Shown here in pieces: positions 21,001 through 30,525 of a stretch of 64,000 nucleotides of DNA. The stretch is taken from IMG/VR virus record IMGVR_UViG_3300010370_000029, positions 1 to 64,000 of that record, one strand, 5' to 3'. The notes beneath the pieces were generated by a model that was not told the origin of the DNA, did not search any database, and was given only the letters and a program-made list of their open reading frames with translations. How positions within the stretch are numbered: the stretch's first letter is position 1; the number at the start of each line of letters is the position of its first letter. Source of the DNA: a virus. The position numbers were made by a program, and so were the translations under genes.

Positions 21001-21606
21001 GATATTCAGGCTAAATTAGATGTGGGTGATGCCACTATTTCATTAGGAAATCCCAATCTAGTGAACTTTGTTCGAGAATATGCTGATTTAGGTACTGCCT
21101 TGGAATTGATTGAAATTAATCCATCTCGAATGATGAAGCAGTTAAATATAGATTCTACTAACTTAGAAAACGGTAGAGTAGAACCAATTGCACACGCATT
21201 TAATAGTTCAAATCTTACAAAGACCGTCGCAGATGTTACGTTGCCGGGTATAGGTGGTATAAATTTGTTTCAATCATTCTTGATAGACCGCGTGCCATCT
21301 ATTCTAGAACGAGGATTCTATGTGGTGACTAAAGTAATACATAAGTTTACTGCACAAACTGGATGGACTACACAAATTCAAGGACGCTTTAGATATCGTC
21401 CAACATCAAAATTAGAACCGGGAGCAGTATACACACACTGTAAGGATACTTCACCGGCCGGAACAACGTCCGCCCCACCAAACAGTATAGTTAAAAATCC
21501 AAACGCTTCACAAGGACGAACAACTACACCATCTGCTGCAAGCGTACGTAATCAAGACTTTACCAAAATCCAAATTACAGGCGTACCCAAGCCTTGGGAA
21601 CAATAA
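18082..21606 (+). CDS. Baseplate hub protein with N-terminal DUF2272/CHAP-like hydrolase domain
   Basis: PWSAAFISWV, GDII, SHGDI, IGGN at the N-terminus; TLPGIGGI...YVVTKVIH...GWTTQI hub-like C-terminus. Confidence 0.65.
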   Translation: MSTITDAPWSAAFISWVLKQAIARTSGLAFPQNKTAHTEYAQEIRTNRAYPFDVLNPIIPAGQSGQGRFIELVDGDIIVFNRADPTTGQWNTLTYTSNPWSGVSHGDIITGRPLFRSATSNALYTGIGGNLGTKTSSGKVTQRNITESDLQRAFVVLRAKSRQHRSIIKEIAVNEARYWDSTDGKARWDDENQEGARQRVNEYWLSVGINWIPSQEEVMVTALSNAPEFGNSAITPFIGSLESFHPKIQYELTRRRVAAETANTYMPFVKLTSLMNVKSSNLTARGTAWCPSLGMHGNPESSFKDIYYPQDNRSIIGYATSNGNTGTPVRIPVVVSSSAATTDQRNIPIPGITEINAERSTAGPMGVRGGLLKANIKIAAYSVGQVDALLTYFLRPATRVVLELGRISSNKNEFKITPYDWNQPKEDIQNEFSELIVNPDKQKEFIKRYIYNNYGNYELFICYVANFNLKYNKNNTYEINLTVHSVQQFEVPTKHTGVKSTCASPTTNCKTMDVQEYFNNAYSWKQNSFSKLMSKYLEDNIWRGQIIPIRNQQSNSTGAASSEGGTRENEYFISWRFFVEKVLNDATYGIASMLGTSAAADLAVLRISKEATEEESNKGLIANQVGYHPNLRSVNPEVMVVFNPRAQSAYETSLDKSRYRSIIRFAEISGSSDASQRLEILNNNNLLDQFYASSVPFENTLNNINSQAGASYLYRGVWLNTKAIKQAFTSADTVSSAISNLLNMMNSATEGYWNLQVYSTDVTNPGMHIIDMGLSKPLTRLESKESKTDLSIDLEELQSNNILDNISGIKISRYEASPNSDDANYIYMFNRKTKLFQDGELGSDLLDLAVDFNLPQVIAVQAIANIGGPAQKGTLQSINVPELRELSLIQNLFTPCNPDEDCISESACEDDALRNLREEQRLASIGLENARLRQLGGLQNAGYNPTEAQRIISRDPYTGPYGDDVRKYQTTIDDIQAKLDVGDATISLGNPNLVNFVREYADLGTALELIEINPSRMMKQLNIDSTNLENGRVEPIAHAFNSSNLTKTVADVTLPGIGGINLFQSFLIDRVPSILERGFYVVTKVIHKFTAQTGWTTQIQGRFRYRPTSKLEPGAVYTHCKDTSPAGTTSAPPNSIVKNPNASQGRTTTPSAASVRNQDFTKIQITGVPKPWEQ

Positions 21607-21953
21607 TGAAAGCACCATTAAGTAACAAGCCAAAAATAACAACTACGGATATTGAAAAAGGATTTGTTAGTAGATATTTTGTCAAGTTTATATCCGACCC
21701 AAAGGTAGTTGAAGTTGATAAGAAGCAATACGATGAGTTTAAGAAAAATGCTTTTTATCAAACACTTGAATTACCGTGGCTAATTTCGGGGTATGCGAAC
21801 AATATTACCGCCGTGGATGGTAAGCCCGTGTATGGTGCCCGGCACAAAAATCAAGTTACCGTAAATTTTTATAGTAGACAGATGCCTGAGTTGTCTCGGC
21901 TCTTATACAACCCGTTAGAATATTTTCAAGGGGTTGACAACCGTTCCACTTAA
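21606..21953 (+). CDS. Hypothetical protein
   Basis: TAATG-coupled to the hub gene. Confidence 0.6.
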   Translation: MKAPLSNKPKITTTDIEKGFVSRYFVKFISDPKVVEVDKKQYDEFKKNAFYQTLELPWLISGYANNITAVDGKPVYGARHKNQVTVNFYSRQMPELSRLLYNPLEYFQGVDNRST

Positions 21954-21962
21954 TATTATATT
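21934..21962 (+). promoter_or_regulatory. sigma70-type promoter
   Basis: TTGACA-17-TATATT. Confidence 0.75.
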
Positions 21963-21989
21963 TAATTAAAATATATTATTGAGGAACCA

Positions 21990-23264
21990 ATGGTTATCAC
22001 GCGACTAGACGATATTATACAACTCACCAACCGCTTAGAGGAAGAGACGGCGTACGTCTATCCCGTGGCGGTTGATGCGTTTCTGCATCCCGTACAGAAC
22101 AAGTTGTCATCACTCCATTTTCGTTTTGACGATGGAACGTTCTATACCGTATCCGTGAACCATCCAGACGCTCCACACTTTGAGATGGATTTGAAGCGTG
22201 CACACAAGTTAGTTACCCTTCACCAGAAGGAACTGCGTCATCTGACTAATGCAGTAAACATTGTAGATTTGGCTACGATACTACACCTTAACTATGATGT
22301 GATTCCTATCTATCGTGAATTCTATACGATGGGTATTCATCAGATTAAAAATCAATTCAAGTTCAAGAATCTTCACTATAGTATCCCGTTGACTTCATGG
22401 GTGGAAACCGCAGAGGCGTTCCTTCAACATTGCGAACATCTCTACAAGCGATATGAGTCCACGGAACACGACTCGGCGTTCCAGTTCATCAACCAGATAA
22501 CGATTCCGACGTTGACCAGTATTGAGAAGTCTGGATTGTATACGACCGATAATAACTTCGTATATTCCGATTATAACATCTATACGTCTACCGGCCGTCC
22601 AAGTAATGCCTTCGGTGGCATCAACTTTGCCGCTCTGAACAAAAACGATGGTTCCCGTGAGAAGTTCGTCAGTCGGTTCGGGGAAAACGGAACGTTGGTT
22701 CAGTTCGATTATGAGGCATTCCACTTGCGGTTGGCTGGGAAGTTAATGGATTATCAACTCCCACCCACCTCACTTCACACCTATCTCGCTCAGCAGTATT
22801 ATGGAGTGGATGAAGTGACCGAAGAGCAGTATGAGGAGTCCAAGGCCCGTACCTTTGCCTTAATGTATGGTCAGTCTGACGATACGGGTGGCGTAGAGTT
22901 CTTCCAAAAGATTAAGGGGTATTCCTCCAAACTGTGGGAAGAATACCGTCAGAATGGATTTGTATTGTCAGGAACGGGTCGCAAAGTGACCTTGGTGGAC
23001 GCTTCCAAGAACAAGGTATTCAACTATATGATGCAGTTGACGGAAACCGAAGAAGCCATCCAACGGGTGTATGATGTCTGTAATTTTCTTGGAATGCGTG
23101 AATCCAGAGTGATTCTATACACCTATGACGCAATTCTATTGGATGTCCCAAATACTGAATTGGATTCTATGGAAAACGTGGCCAATATATTGAGCGCCGG
23201 TGGATTTCCTGTTCGTCAGTATCGTGGGGTTAATTACGATAATCTTTTCTTACATAAAATATAA
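21990..23264 (+). CDS. Minimal, divergent family A DNA polymerase-like protein
   Basis: TSTGRPS, motif A FDYEAFHLR, motif B KARTFALMYG, motif C YTYDAIL; GAGGA RBS. Confidence 0.75.
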   Translation: MVITRLDDIIQLTNRLEEETAYVYPVAVDAFLHPVQNKLSSLHFRFDDGTFYTVSVNHPDAPHFEMDLKRAHKLVTLHQKELRHLTNAVNIVDLATILHLNYDVIPIYREFYTMGIHQIKNQFKFKNLHYSIPLTSWVETAEAFLQHCEHLYKRYESTEHDSAFQFINQITIPTLTSIEKSGLYTTDNNFVYSDYNIYTSTGRPSNAFGGINFAALNKNDGSREKFVSRFGENGTLVQFDYEAFHLRLAGKLMDYQLPPTSLHTYLAQQYYGVDEVTEEQYEESKARTFALMYGQSDDTGGVEFFQKIKGYSSKLWEEYRQNGFVLSGTGRKVTLVDASKNKVFNYMMQLTETEEAIQRVYDVCNFLGMRESRVILYTYDAILLDVPNTELDSMENVANILSAGGFPVRQYRGVNYDNLFLHKI

Positions 23265-23323
23265 GTTTATCAAAGACAATTTGATACTTATTTGAAGTGA
23301 TTAACGCTTCTTAAGAGTATCAT

Positions 23324-23725
23324 ATGAACGAAACTCAGTTACTTTGCACGTTTATTCCAGCCGCAGAATTGGAACAGCACGTAAAGGCTATCCAAGATTC
23401 CTATAAATTGGCTTTTAATAATATCTATGTGTTAGAAAATGTTGATGACGCCAATCAACTAATTTTAACATATAATATTGTTGTGGGGTCATTGAAGGCT
23501 GGACACCAACCTCCGGCTTCCACTATTTCCGTACATCGGAAAAAGCAAACCAATACAATATACACCATTAATGCATTAAATGCTCTTATCGCAAGTAAGA
23601 ATGGTGGTATTATTGATAAGGCGTATAGGGTAAATTGGGATGAATTAAAGAATTCTATTCTAGTTACGGCCCACGGCCAATTAAAAATAGTTCGTACTAA
23701 AATACAACAAATTCTGAATTTCTAA
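23324..23725 (+). CDS. Conserved-looking phage hypothetical protein
   Basis: LLCTF, TISVHRKKQTNTIYTINALN; follows TACTTAT. Confidence 0.65.
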   Translation: MNETQLLCTFIPAAELEQHVKAIQDSYKLAFNNIYVLENVDDANQLILTYNIVVGSLKAGHQPPASTISVHRKKQTNTIYTINALNALIASKNGGIIDKAYRVNWDELKNSILVTAHGQLKIVRTKIQQILNF

Positions 23726-23732
23726 ACTGCAC

Positions 23733-23761
23733 TTGACAAACTAAATTTTTGGTAGTATACT
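23733..23761 (+). promoter_or_regulatory. sigma70-type promoter of the ssDNA-binding protein gene
   Basis: TTGACA-17-TATACT. Confidence 0.8.
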
Positions 23762-23828
23762 TCAAGACACTTGGGGTAAACTACTTGTTATAAACACCCT
23801 AAACACTCTAAACACAAGGAGAAGTACA

Positions 23829-24623
23829 ATGGCGTTAGACATTAATGCACTAAAGAGCAAGCTGAACAGTTTCAAGCGTACCGGCGGTGGGGACCGCGAT
23901 ACCGCTATCTGGAAGCCCAAGGAAGGCAAGACGGTCATCCGTATCGTCCCGTGGAAGGATAACCCCGCGAATCCCTTTATCGAACTTTACTTCCACTATC
24001 TCGGCAACAAGACTTATCTTTCACCTCTCTCGTATGGTAATCGTGACCCGATTGCGGAGTTTGCTGATTCCGTTCGGAATGATACCCAGCGTGAGCCCGA
24101 TGCGAAGGCTCGGTATGCGGAGGCTCGTCCGTTTATGCCGAAGCTCCGTACCTACATTCCTGTCATCGTTCGTGGTGAAGAGGATAAGGGTGTTCGCTTC
24201 TACTCGTTCGGTAAGACGGTCTATCAGGAACTTCTTTCCTACATCTCTGACCCCGATTACGGCGATATCACCGATGTTAAGACTGGTCGTGACATCGTAG
24301 TTGAGTACATTCCGAAGGAGAAGTCGGATACCAGTTTCGCCAAGACTTCGGTAAAGGTCAAGCCGTCACAGACTCCGCTTTCGTCGGACGCTTCACAGGC
24401 GAATCTGTGGATGACCACTCAGCCCGATATCAAGGAGCTTTATACGGAGCCGACCTACAACGAGCTGAAGGTCACGCTTGAGAAGTATCTTGACCCTGAT
24501 AATGCGGTCATCACTCCCGCTCGTGAGGCTGAGGAGCCGAAGGCTGTTACGGCTACCGCTGCCGCTCCAAAGGAGAACGTCAAGAACGCCGTTGATGCGT
24601 TTGACGAGCTGTTCAACGATTAA
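23829..24623 (+). CDS. gp32-like single-stranded DNA-binding protein
   Basis: WKP..G...IRIVP, FGKTVY, DITD...GRD, acidic C-terminus DAFDELFND; AAGGAG RBS. Confidence 0.85.
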   Translation: MALDINALKSKLNSFKRTGGGDRDTAIWKPKEGKTVIRIVPWKDNPANPFIELYFHYLGNKTYLSPLSYGNRDPIAEFADSVRNDTQREPDAKARYAEARPFMPKLRTYIPVIVRGEEDKGVRFYSFGKTVYQELLSYISDPDYGDITDVKTGRDIVVEYIPKEKSDTSFAKTSVKVKPSQTPLSSDASQANLWMTTQPDIKELYTEPTYNELKVTLEKYLDPDNAVITPAREAEEPKAVTATAAAPKENVKNAVDAFDELFND

Positions 24624-24630
24624 TTAACCA

Positions 24631-24685
24631 AAGACACGCTGTGGTGCTAGGTAGCCTTAAAACTACCTAGCCCCTGCGTGTTTTG
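24631..24685 (+). terminator. Stem-loop after gp32
   Basis: GCTAGGTAG/CTACCTAGC inner stem, ACACGC/GCGTGT outer stem, then a T-tract. Confidence 0.7.
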
Positions 24686-24702
24686 TTACATAAAGGAACA
24701 TT

Positions 24703-25866
24703 ATGGCTAAGGAAACAAAATCACCAAAGAAGCCAGTGCCATCCGCTGACCGCGATGAACTGGCCCAAGTTATCGCAGATAGCTTGAACAAGTTGTACAA
24801 GGATGGACAAGTTGCCTACTTCCTTGATGGAGAAGAGGAAACCCCGACTGATTTGACCGATTTCATTTCAACGGGAAATACGATGTTGGATATCGCAATC
24901 AGTAATCGTCCGAACGGTGGTATTGCCGCCGGTCGTATCACAGAGTTGACGGGATTAGAAGCATCGGGTAAGTCGTTGGTCGGTGCACAACTTATTGCTA
25001 CCACACAGAAGCGTGGTGGTGTTGCGGTTCTTATTGATACCGAAAATGCGGTCAATGATGAATTCTTCTCTGCCGTTGGTGTAGATATGAAGAAGTTGGT
25101 CTACGTTCAGCACGATACGGTTGAAGATATCTTTGATTCTATTGTGAACATCATCGAGAAGGTTCGTTCCGCTGCAAAGAAGGATAAGTTGGTCACTATC
25201 GTTGTTGACTCTGTTGCCGCCGCTTCGACCAAGACGGAAATGGCTGCGGACTTCAATAAGGATGGATACGCAACGGCAAAGTCCATCATTATCAGTAAGG
25301 CGATGAGAAAGATTACGAATCTTTTGGGTCGTGAAAAGATTGCTCTCGTATTCACCAATCAGCTCCGTTTGAAGATGAACGCTCCTGCGTTCTCTGACCC
25401 CTACACCACTTCTGGTGGTAAGGCAATCGGATTCCACGCTTCGACTCGTATTCGTTTGTCACAAGTCGGTAAGTTGAAGGATTCGGCTGGGAACATCATT
25501 GGTATCACTACGAAGGCGGTCATCACCAAGAATCGTTTGGGCCCGCCATATCGTGAAGCTGAATTCAATATTTACTTCAATCGTGGTATTGACGATTACA
25601 GCAGTTGGTTGGATGTCTTGAAAGAAAACGGCATCATCAAGCAATCTGGTGCATGGTATTCATACAATGATGAGAAGTTCCAAAGTAAGGAATTCCCAGC
25701 GTTCCTTGAAGCTGACCAAGAACGGAAGGCTGACTTGTACGATAAGATTTGTGAAGCGATGATTATGAAGTACGAGAAGGACTTCGACCCATCTGCGGTC
25801 AACAAGGAATCAGCAGAGGATGAGGACGAGGTATCACCATCTAAAAAGCAACTATTAAATGACTGA
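24703..25866 (+). CDS. recA: RecA/UvsX recombinase
   Basis: GRITELTGLEASGKS, IDTENA, VVDSVAA, FTNQLR, TSGGKAIGFHAS, KNR. Confidence 0.95.
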   Translation: MAKETKSPKKPVPSADRDELAQVIADSLNKLYKDGQVAYFLDGEEETPTDLTDFISTGNTMLDIAISNRPNGGIAAGRITELTGLEASGKSLVGAQLIATTQKRGGVAVLIDTENAVNDEFFSAVGVDMKKLVYVQHDTVEDIFDSIVNIIEKVRSAAKKDKLVTIVVDSVAAASTKTEMAADFNKDGYATAKSIIISKAMRKITNLLGREKIALVFTNQLRLKMNAPAFSDPYTTSGGKAIGFHASTRIRLSQVGKLKDSAGNIIGITTKAVITKNRLGPPYREAEFNIYFNRGIDDYSSWLDVLKENGIIKQSGAWYSYNDEKFQSKEFPAFLEADQERKADLYDKICEAMIMKYEKDFDPSAVNKESAEDEDEVSPSKKQLLND

Positions 25867-26902
25867 TTTACTGAAGGTTTTCGATAGTATGAACTTCGAT
25901 AGCGATAAGGGCACTGGATACAACTCCCGTGTCCTTATCGTAGATGCCCTTAACACATTCATGCGGAGTTATGCCGCTATTCCCACATTAGATGATGACG
26001 GGAATCATATCGGGGGAATGGCGGGATTTATGAAATCTTTGGGGTTTGCTATTCGTAGCTTCAAACCTACCAGAGTCGTGTTGGTATTTGATGGTAAGGG
26101 TGGGTCACAACGTCGGCGGAAGATTTACAAGAATTATAAGGCAAATCGGAAGCCACCCACTCGTTTGAATCGTTCGTATGATATGACTACGGATGAGCAA
26201 GAACGAGAGAATATGAAGTGGCAACTAGTGTCATTGGTAGAGATGGTAGAGTGCTTACCCGTATCTATTTTGGCATTAGATTATATTGAAGCAGATGATG
26301 CGATTGCCTATATGTCGGAGTTGGTTACAAAGAATGGTGGTACATCCATCATCTATTCTACTGACAAAGACTTTATGCAGATGGTCAATGAGAATGTCAA
26401 GGTCTATAATCCCGTCAAGAAAAAGACATTTGATATTGATATAATTCTGGAAACTTATGGCGTACACCCGTCAAACTTCGTATTCTATCGGTCACTGCTT
26501 GGAGATAAGAGTGACAACATTGATGGAATCAAGGGGGCTGGGGAAAAGACAATATTAAAGTATATTCCAGAGTTCGCTAACTCGACTGTTGAGGTCAATT
26601 TGGACTTGATTGAACAAAAATATGCTGATAGTAAAAAGAAGCCTAAGCTAATAGAAAACATTTTAGATAATAGTAGTATTGTAAATAGAAATTTGCAATT
26701 AATGAATTTGCGTGATGTAGATATTAACGTTGATGCAAAGATGAAAATCTTACATAAGTTTGAAGAAGGATGCCCACCGCTTCGGAAGGCGGACTTGACA
26801 AAGCTGATGTTTAAGACTAAGATTATATCATCTATCCAAAATTACGATGAATGGATTACTTTTTCATTTGGTCCACTAGCGAGATATTATGGTAAATCAT
26901 AA
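25859..26902 (+). CDS. 5'-3' exonuclease / flap endonuclease (T4 RNase H-like)
   Basis: LIVDALN, VFDGKGG, YKANR, EADD, STDKD, GDKSDNIDGIKGAGEKT. Confidence 0.93.
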   Translation: MTDLLKVFDSMNFDSDKGTGYNSRVLIVDALNTFMRSYAAIPTLDDDGNHIGGMAGFMKSLGFAIRSFKPTRVVLVFDGKGGSQRRRKIYKNYKANRKPPTRLNRSYDMTTDEQERENMKWQLVSLVEMVECLPVSILALDYIEADDAIAYMSELVTKNGGTSIIYSTDKDFMQMVNENVKVYNPVKKKTFDIDIILETYGVHPSNFVFYRSLLGDKSDNIDGIKGAGEKTILKYIPEFANSTVEVNLDLIEQKYADSKKKPKLIENILDNSSIVNRNLQLMNLRDVDINVDAKMKILHKFEEGCPPLRKADLTKLMFKTKIISSIQNYDEWITFSFGPLARYYGKS

Positions 26903-28274
26903 GCAATACGATAAGAATGTAGATACGCTGGCAAAGTTCGGTCCTAGCTTCCAGTCCAAGGCTGTGGCTGCGATGCTGAACTCGCCTGATTTCTTGGCAC
27001 AATCGTTTGACGTTATCAACCCGAACTTCTTTGAGTTGGAAGCGAATCAATGGATTGTGGAAACGACTTTGGAATATTTCAACGATTATAAGGTGCTTCC
27101 GACGTTGGAAGTCTTTAAGGTTGAGATGAACAAGTCGGTCAAGGATGATACTCTTCGCACATCAATCGTTGAATCGCTCCGCGGTATTTTCCAGAAGATG
27201 AAGGACAATGATTTGGATTATATCAAGGATAGTTTCTTGGATTTCGCCAAAAACCAAACGCTCAAGTCTGCGATTATCAAGTCAGTAGATTTGTTGCAGA
27301 TGGGTCAGTATGGTGAAATCAAGACCATTATCGATGGTGCGATGCGAAGTGGTCAGCCCAAGACGGTCGGTCACGATTGGAAGAAGGATATTGAACTTCG
27401 TCTAATGAAGAACGCCCGTAATACTATCGCTACGGGGTGGGATGCTATCGACGTTCTTATCGGTGGTGGATTGGCGGGCGGTGAGCTCGGCGTGGTCATC
27501 GCTCCGTCTGGTATTGGTAAGAGTTGGGCATTGGCAACTATTGGAGCTAATGCATTGAAGGCTGGGAAGAAAGTGGTTCATTATACCCTCGAATTAAATG
27601 AAAATTATGTCGGTCTACGATATGATACGATTTATACGGGGATTGAGCCGGGTAAGGTACCAGAACACCCAGAAATCATTCGGGAGCTGGTTGAGCAAAT
27701 TAAGGGTGAAATTATTATTAAATATTATCCGGCTCGAACCATTACCTCACATACGATTCAGGCCCACGTTCAGCAGATGGCATCGCTGGGATTCAAGCCC
27801 GATGTTATTATCGTAGATTACGCTGATTTGATGAGTGCCACAGCCCGTACCGACGCCCGACATCAAGAGCTGGGTGCTATCTATGAAGAACTTCGTGGGT
27901 TGGCTGGTGAGTTGGGAGTTCCTATTTGGACGGCTTCACAAACTCAGCGGTCCAGTATCCAAGATGAAGTCATTCAAGCAGATAAGATTGCTGAGTCCTA
28001 TGCCAAGATTATGACCGCTGACTTGGTTATCTCTATCTCACGGAAGCTGGAAGACAAGGTTCATAAGACGGGTCGAGCACACGTTATTAAGAACCGATTT
28101 GGGGCCGATGGTCAGACGCTCCCGATGATTATTGACGCCGGTATCGGGAAGATTGAGATTTTTGATGAGGCGTCAGCAAAAGGTATTATGTTAAAGAAAC
28201 AGATGCAAAATGGTGAAACGGTTACGAAACAAAATCTGGCTAAGAAGTTGTTGCAAATGGATTTAGAAGATTAA
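26889..28274 (+). CDS. dnaB: Replicative helicase (DnaB/gp41 family)
   Basis: APSGIGKS, YTLE, IVDYADL, WTASQ, KNRFG. Confidence 0.92.
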   Translation: MVNHKQYDKNVDTLAKFGPSFQSKAVAAMLNSPDFLAQSFDVINPNFFELEANQWIVETTLEYFNDYKVLPTLEVFKVEMNKSVKDDTLRTSIVESLRGIFQKMKDNDLDYIKDSFLDFAKNQTLKSAIIKSVDLLQMGQYGEIKTIIDGAMRSGQPKTVGHDWKKDIELRLMKNARNTIATGWDAIDVLIGGGLAGGELGVVIAPSGIGKSWALATIGANALKAGKKVVHYTLELNENYVGLRYDTIYTGIEPGKVPEHPEIIRELVEQIKGEIIIKYYPARTITSHTIQAHVQQMASLGFKPDVIIVDYADLMSATARTDARHQELGAIYEELRGLAGELGVPIWTASQTQRSSIQDEVIQADKIAESYAKIMTADLVISISRKLEDKVHKTGRAHVIKNRFGADGQTLPMIIDAGIGKIEIFDEASAKGIMLKKQMQNGETVTKQNLAKKLLQMDLED

Positions 28275-28362
28275 AAAATATCGTTGGGTATTCACCGTAT
28301 TTTTCGAGAAGCAGTATAGTATTTATTTAACCACTAACCCCTAACGATTTTGGAGTAGCAGT

Positions 28363-30213
28363 ATGCAATTAGAAGCAAAAATCCTTTCTGAAATCACGAC
28401 CTTTATGAAGTACTCGAAGTACATTCCGAGTAAGCAACGCCGTGAAACGTGGAAAGAATTAGTTGACAGAAACAAAGAGATGCATTTAAAGAAGTTCCCA
28501 CAACTTACACAAGAAATTGAAGAAGCATATCAATTCGTTTACGATAAGAAGATTCTTCCATCCATGCGTTCACTTCAATTTGCTGGTAAGCCAATTGAAA
28601 TCAATAACGCTCGGTTATACAATTGCTGCTTCCTTCCAATCGACCACACGGATGCTTTCAGTGAAGTGATGTTCCTTCTTCTTTCTGGAACAGGTGTAGG
28701 TTATTCGGTACAGCGTGCACACGTAGAAAAGTTACCAGAAATTAATAAGCCAACCAAGTCCCGCCGTTACCTCGTCGGTGACAGTATCGAAGGTTGGGCA
28801 GATGCAGTGAAGGTGATGATTGCTGCATATATGAAGGGTAAGGCTCTTCCGATTTATGATTTTAGCGATGTTCGTCCAAAGGGCGCATTACTCTTGACCT
28901 CTGGTGGTAAGGCACCTGGTCCAGAACCGCTCAAGGATTGCTTACACAATATCCAAAAGATTTTCGACCGTAAGCAAAACGGCGATAAGCTCAGTACCCT
29001 TGAAGTACACGATATGTTGTGCTTCATCGCTGATGCAGTATTGTCTGGTGGTATTCGTCGTTCCGCAATGATTTCATTATTCGATTTGGACGATGATGAT
29101 ATGTTGACTTGTAAGTTCGGCAACTGGTGGGAAACCAATCCACAACGTGGTCGTTCAAACAATTCAGCAGTTATCCTTCGTCACAAGGTTGAACAAGAAG
29201 TATTCTTAGACTTGTGGAAGAAGATTGAAATGAGTGGTTCAGGCGAACCAGGCTTCTTCTTTACGAACGATGCAAATTGGGGATTAAATCCTTGTGCAGA
29301 AATCAGTCTCCGTCCGTTCCAATTCTGTAACTTGACCACCATCAATGCTGGCGATATCAAGGACCAAGCTGATTACAACGCCCGTGCAAAGGCAGCAGCG
29401 TTCATCGGAACACTTCAAGCAAGTTATACTAACTTCCATTATCTCCGTGATATTTGGAAACGCACCACAGAAAAGGAAGCACTTATCGGTGTTTCGATGA
29501 CGGGTATTGCATCGGGTACTGTATTAAATTTGGATATGAAGGAAGCTGCTAATGTTGTGAAGGAAGAAAACGCACGTGTGGCGGAAGTGATTGGGACCAA
29601 CAAGGCTGCACGAACCACCACTGTCAAGCCCGAAGGAACCTCGTCACTAGTATTAGGAACTTCTTCTGGTATTCACGCTTGGCATAACGACTTCTATGTT
29701 CGTCGTGTCCGTGTTGGAAAGAACGAAAGTATCTACCAATACTTGGTTGACAATCATCCAGAAATTGTTGAGGACGAATTCTTCAAGCCGAAGCAACAAG
29801 CAGTTATCTCCGTTCCACAAAAGGCTCCAAAGGGTGCTATCACTCGTCAAGAATCTGCACTCGACTTATTGGCTCGTACCAGTAAGGTCTGGAAGGAATG
29901 GGTAAAGGCTGGCCACCGTAAGGGTGAAAACAAGAATAACGTATCTGTCACCGTAACCATCAAGCCAGATGAATGGGTTGGTGTTGGTGAATGGATGTGG
30001 GAGAATCGTGAGAACTTCACCGCATTGTCAGTTCTTCCATACTCAGACCACAGCTATATGCAAGCACCGTTCGAAGATATTGATGAAGCACAATACAACG
30101 AAATGGTTGGTCACTTACACAAGATTGACTTAACCAAGGTAGTTGAAGTCGAAGATAATACCGACCTTGCAGGTGAAGTTGCTTGTGGTGGCGGTGGGTG
30201 TGAGGTGCAATAA
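28363..30213 (+). CDS. nrdJ: Ribonucleotide reductase, class II (adenosylcobalamin-dependent, RTPR-like)
   Basis: LPSMRSLQFAG, NCCF, GGIRRSA, NPCAEI, FCNL, TTVKPEGTSSL, C-terminal CGGGGC; no class I beta subunit nearby. Confidence 0.85.
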   Translation: MQLEAKILSEITTFMKYSKYIPSKQRRETWKELVDRNKEMHLKKFPQLTQEIEEAYQFVYDKKILPSMRSLQFAGKPIEINNARLYNCCFLPIDHTDAFSEVMFLLLSGTGVGYSVQRAHVEKLPEINKPTKSRRYLVGDSIEGWADAVKVMIAAYMKGKALPIYDFSDVRPKGALLLTSGGKAPGPEPLKDCLHNIQKIFDRKQNGDKLSTLEVHDMLCFIADAVLSGGIRRSAMISLFDLDDDDMLTCKFGNWWETNPQRGRSNNSAVILRHKVEQEVFLDLWKKIEMSGSGEPGFFFTNDANWGLNPCAEISLRPFQFCNLTTINAGDIKDQADYNARAKAAAFIGTLQASYTNFHYLRDIWKRTTEKEALIGVSMTGIASGTVLNLDMKEAANVVKEENARVAEVIGTNKAARTTTVKPEGTSSLVLGTSSGIHAWHNDFYVRRVRVGKNESIYQYLVDNHPEIVEDEFFKPKQQAVISVPQKAPKGAITRQESALDLLARTSKVWKEWVKAGHRKGENKNNVSVTVTIKPDEWVGVGEWMWENRENFTALSVLPYSDHSYMQAPFEDIDEAQYNEMVGHLHKIDLTKVVEVEDNTDLAGEVACGGGGCEVQ

Positions 30214-30518
30214 TGCAGGAGTTGACGTTACAACAGTTTGAAGAAAAGTTGGCATCCAAGGAACCCTTTGTCGTAGATTTTTGGGCTCCTTGGTGCCCAA
30301 CCTGCATCGAAATGTTACCAACCGTAGAGGAATTAGCAAAGGAGTCAGAGATTCCTTTTTATAAGGTCAATGTTGATGAGCAACCAGAATTGAAAGAAAA
30401 GAACCGAATTAAGGCTATTCCAATGTTGATGTTCTATAAGGAAGGCCGGACAAGAGAATTCTTATACGGTAAGAATGAAAAGACCAAGATAGAGCAGAAG
30501 CTAAATCGCATCAAGTGA
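30213..30518 (+). CDS. trxA: Thioredoxin
   Basis: VDFWAPWCPTC, KVNVDE, IPML. Confidence 0.92.
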   Translation: MQELTLQQFEEKLASKEPFVVDFWAPWCPTCIEMLPTVEELAKESEIPFYKVNVDEQPELKEKNRIKAIPMLMFYKEGRTREFLYGKNEKTKIEQKLNRIK

Positions 30519-30525
30519 GGTTATT

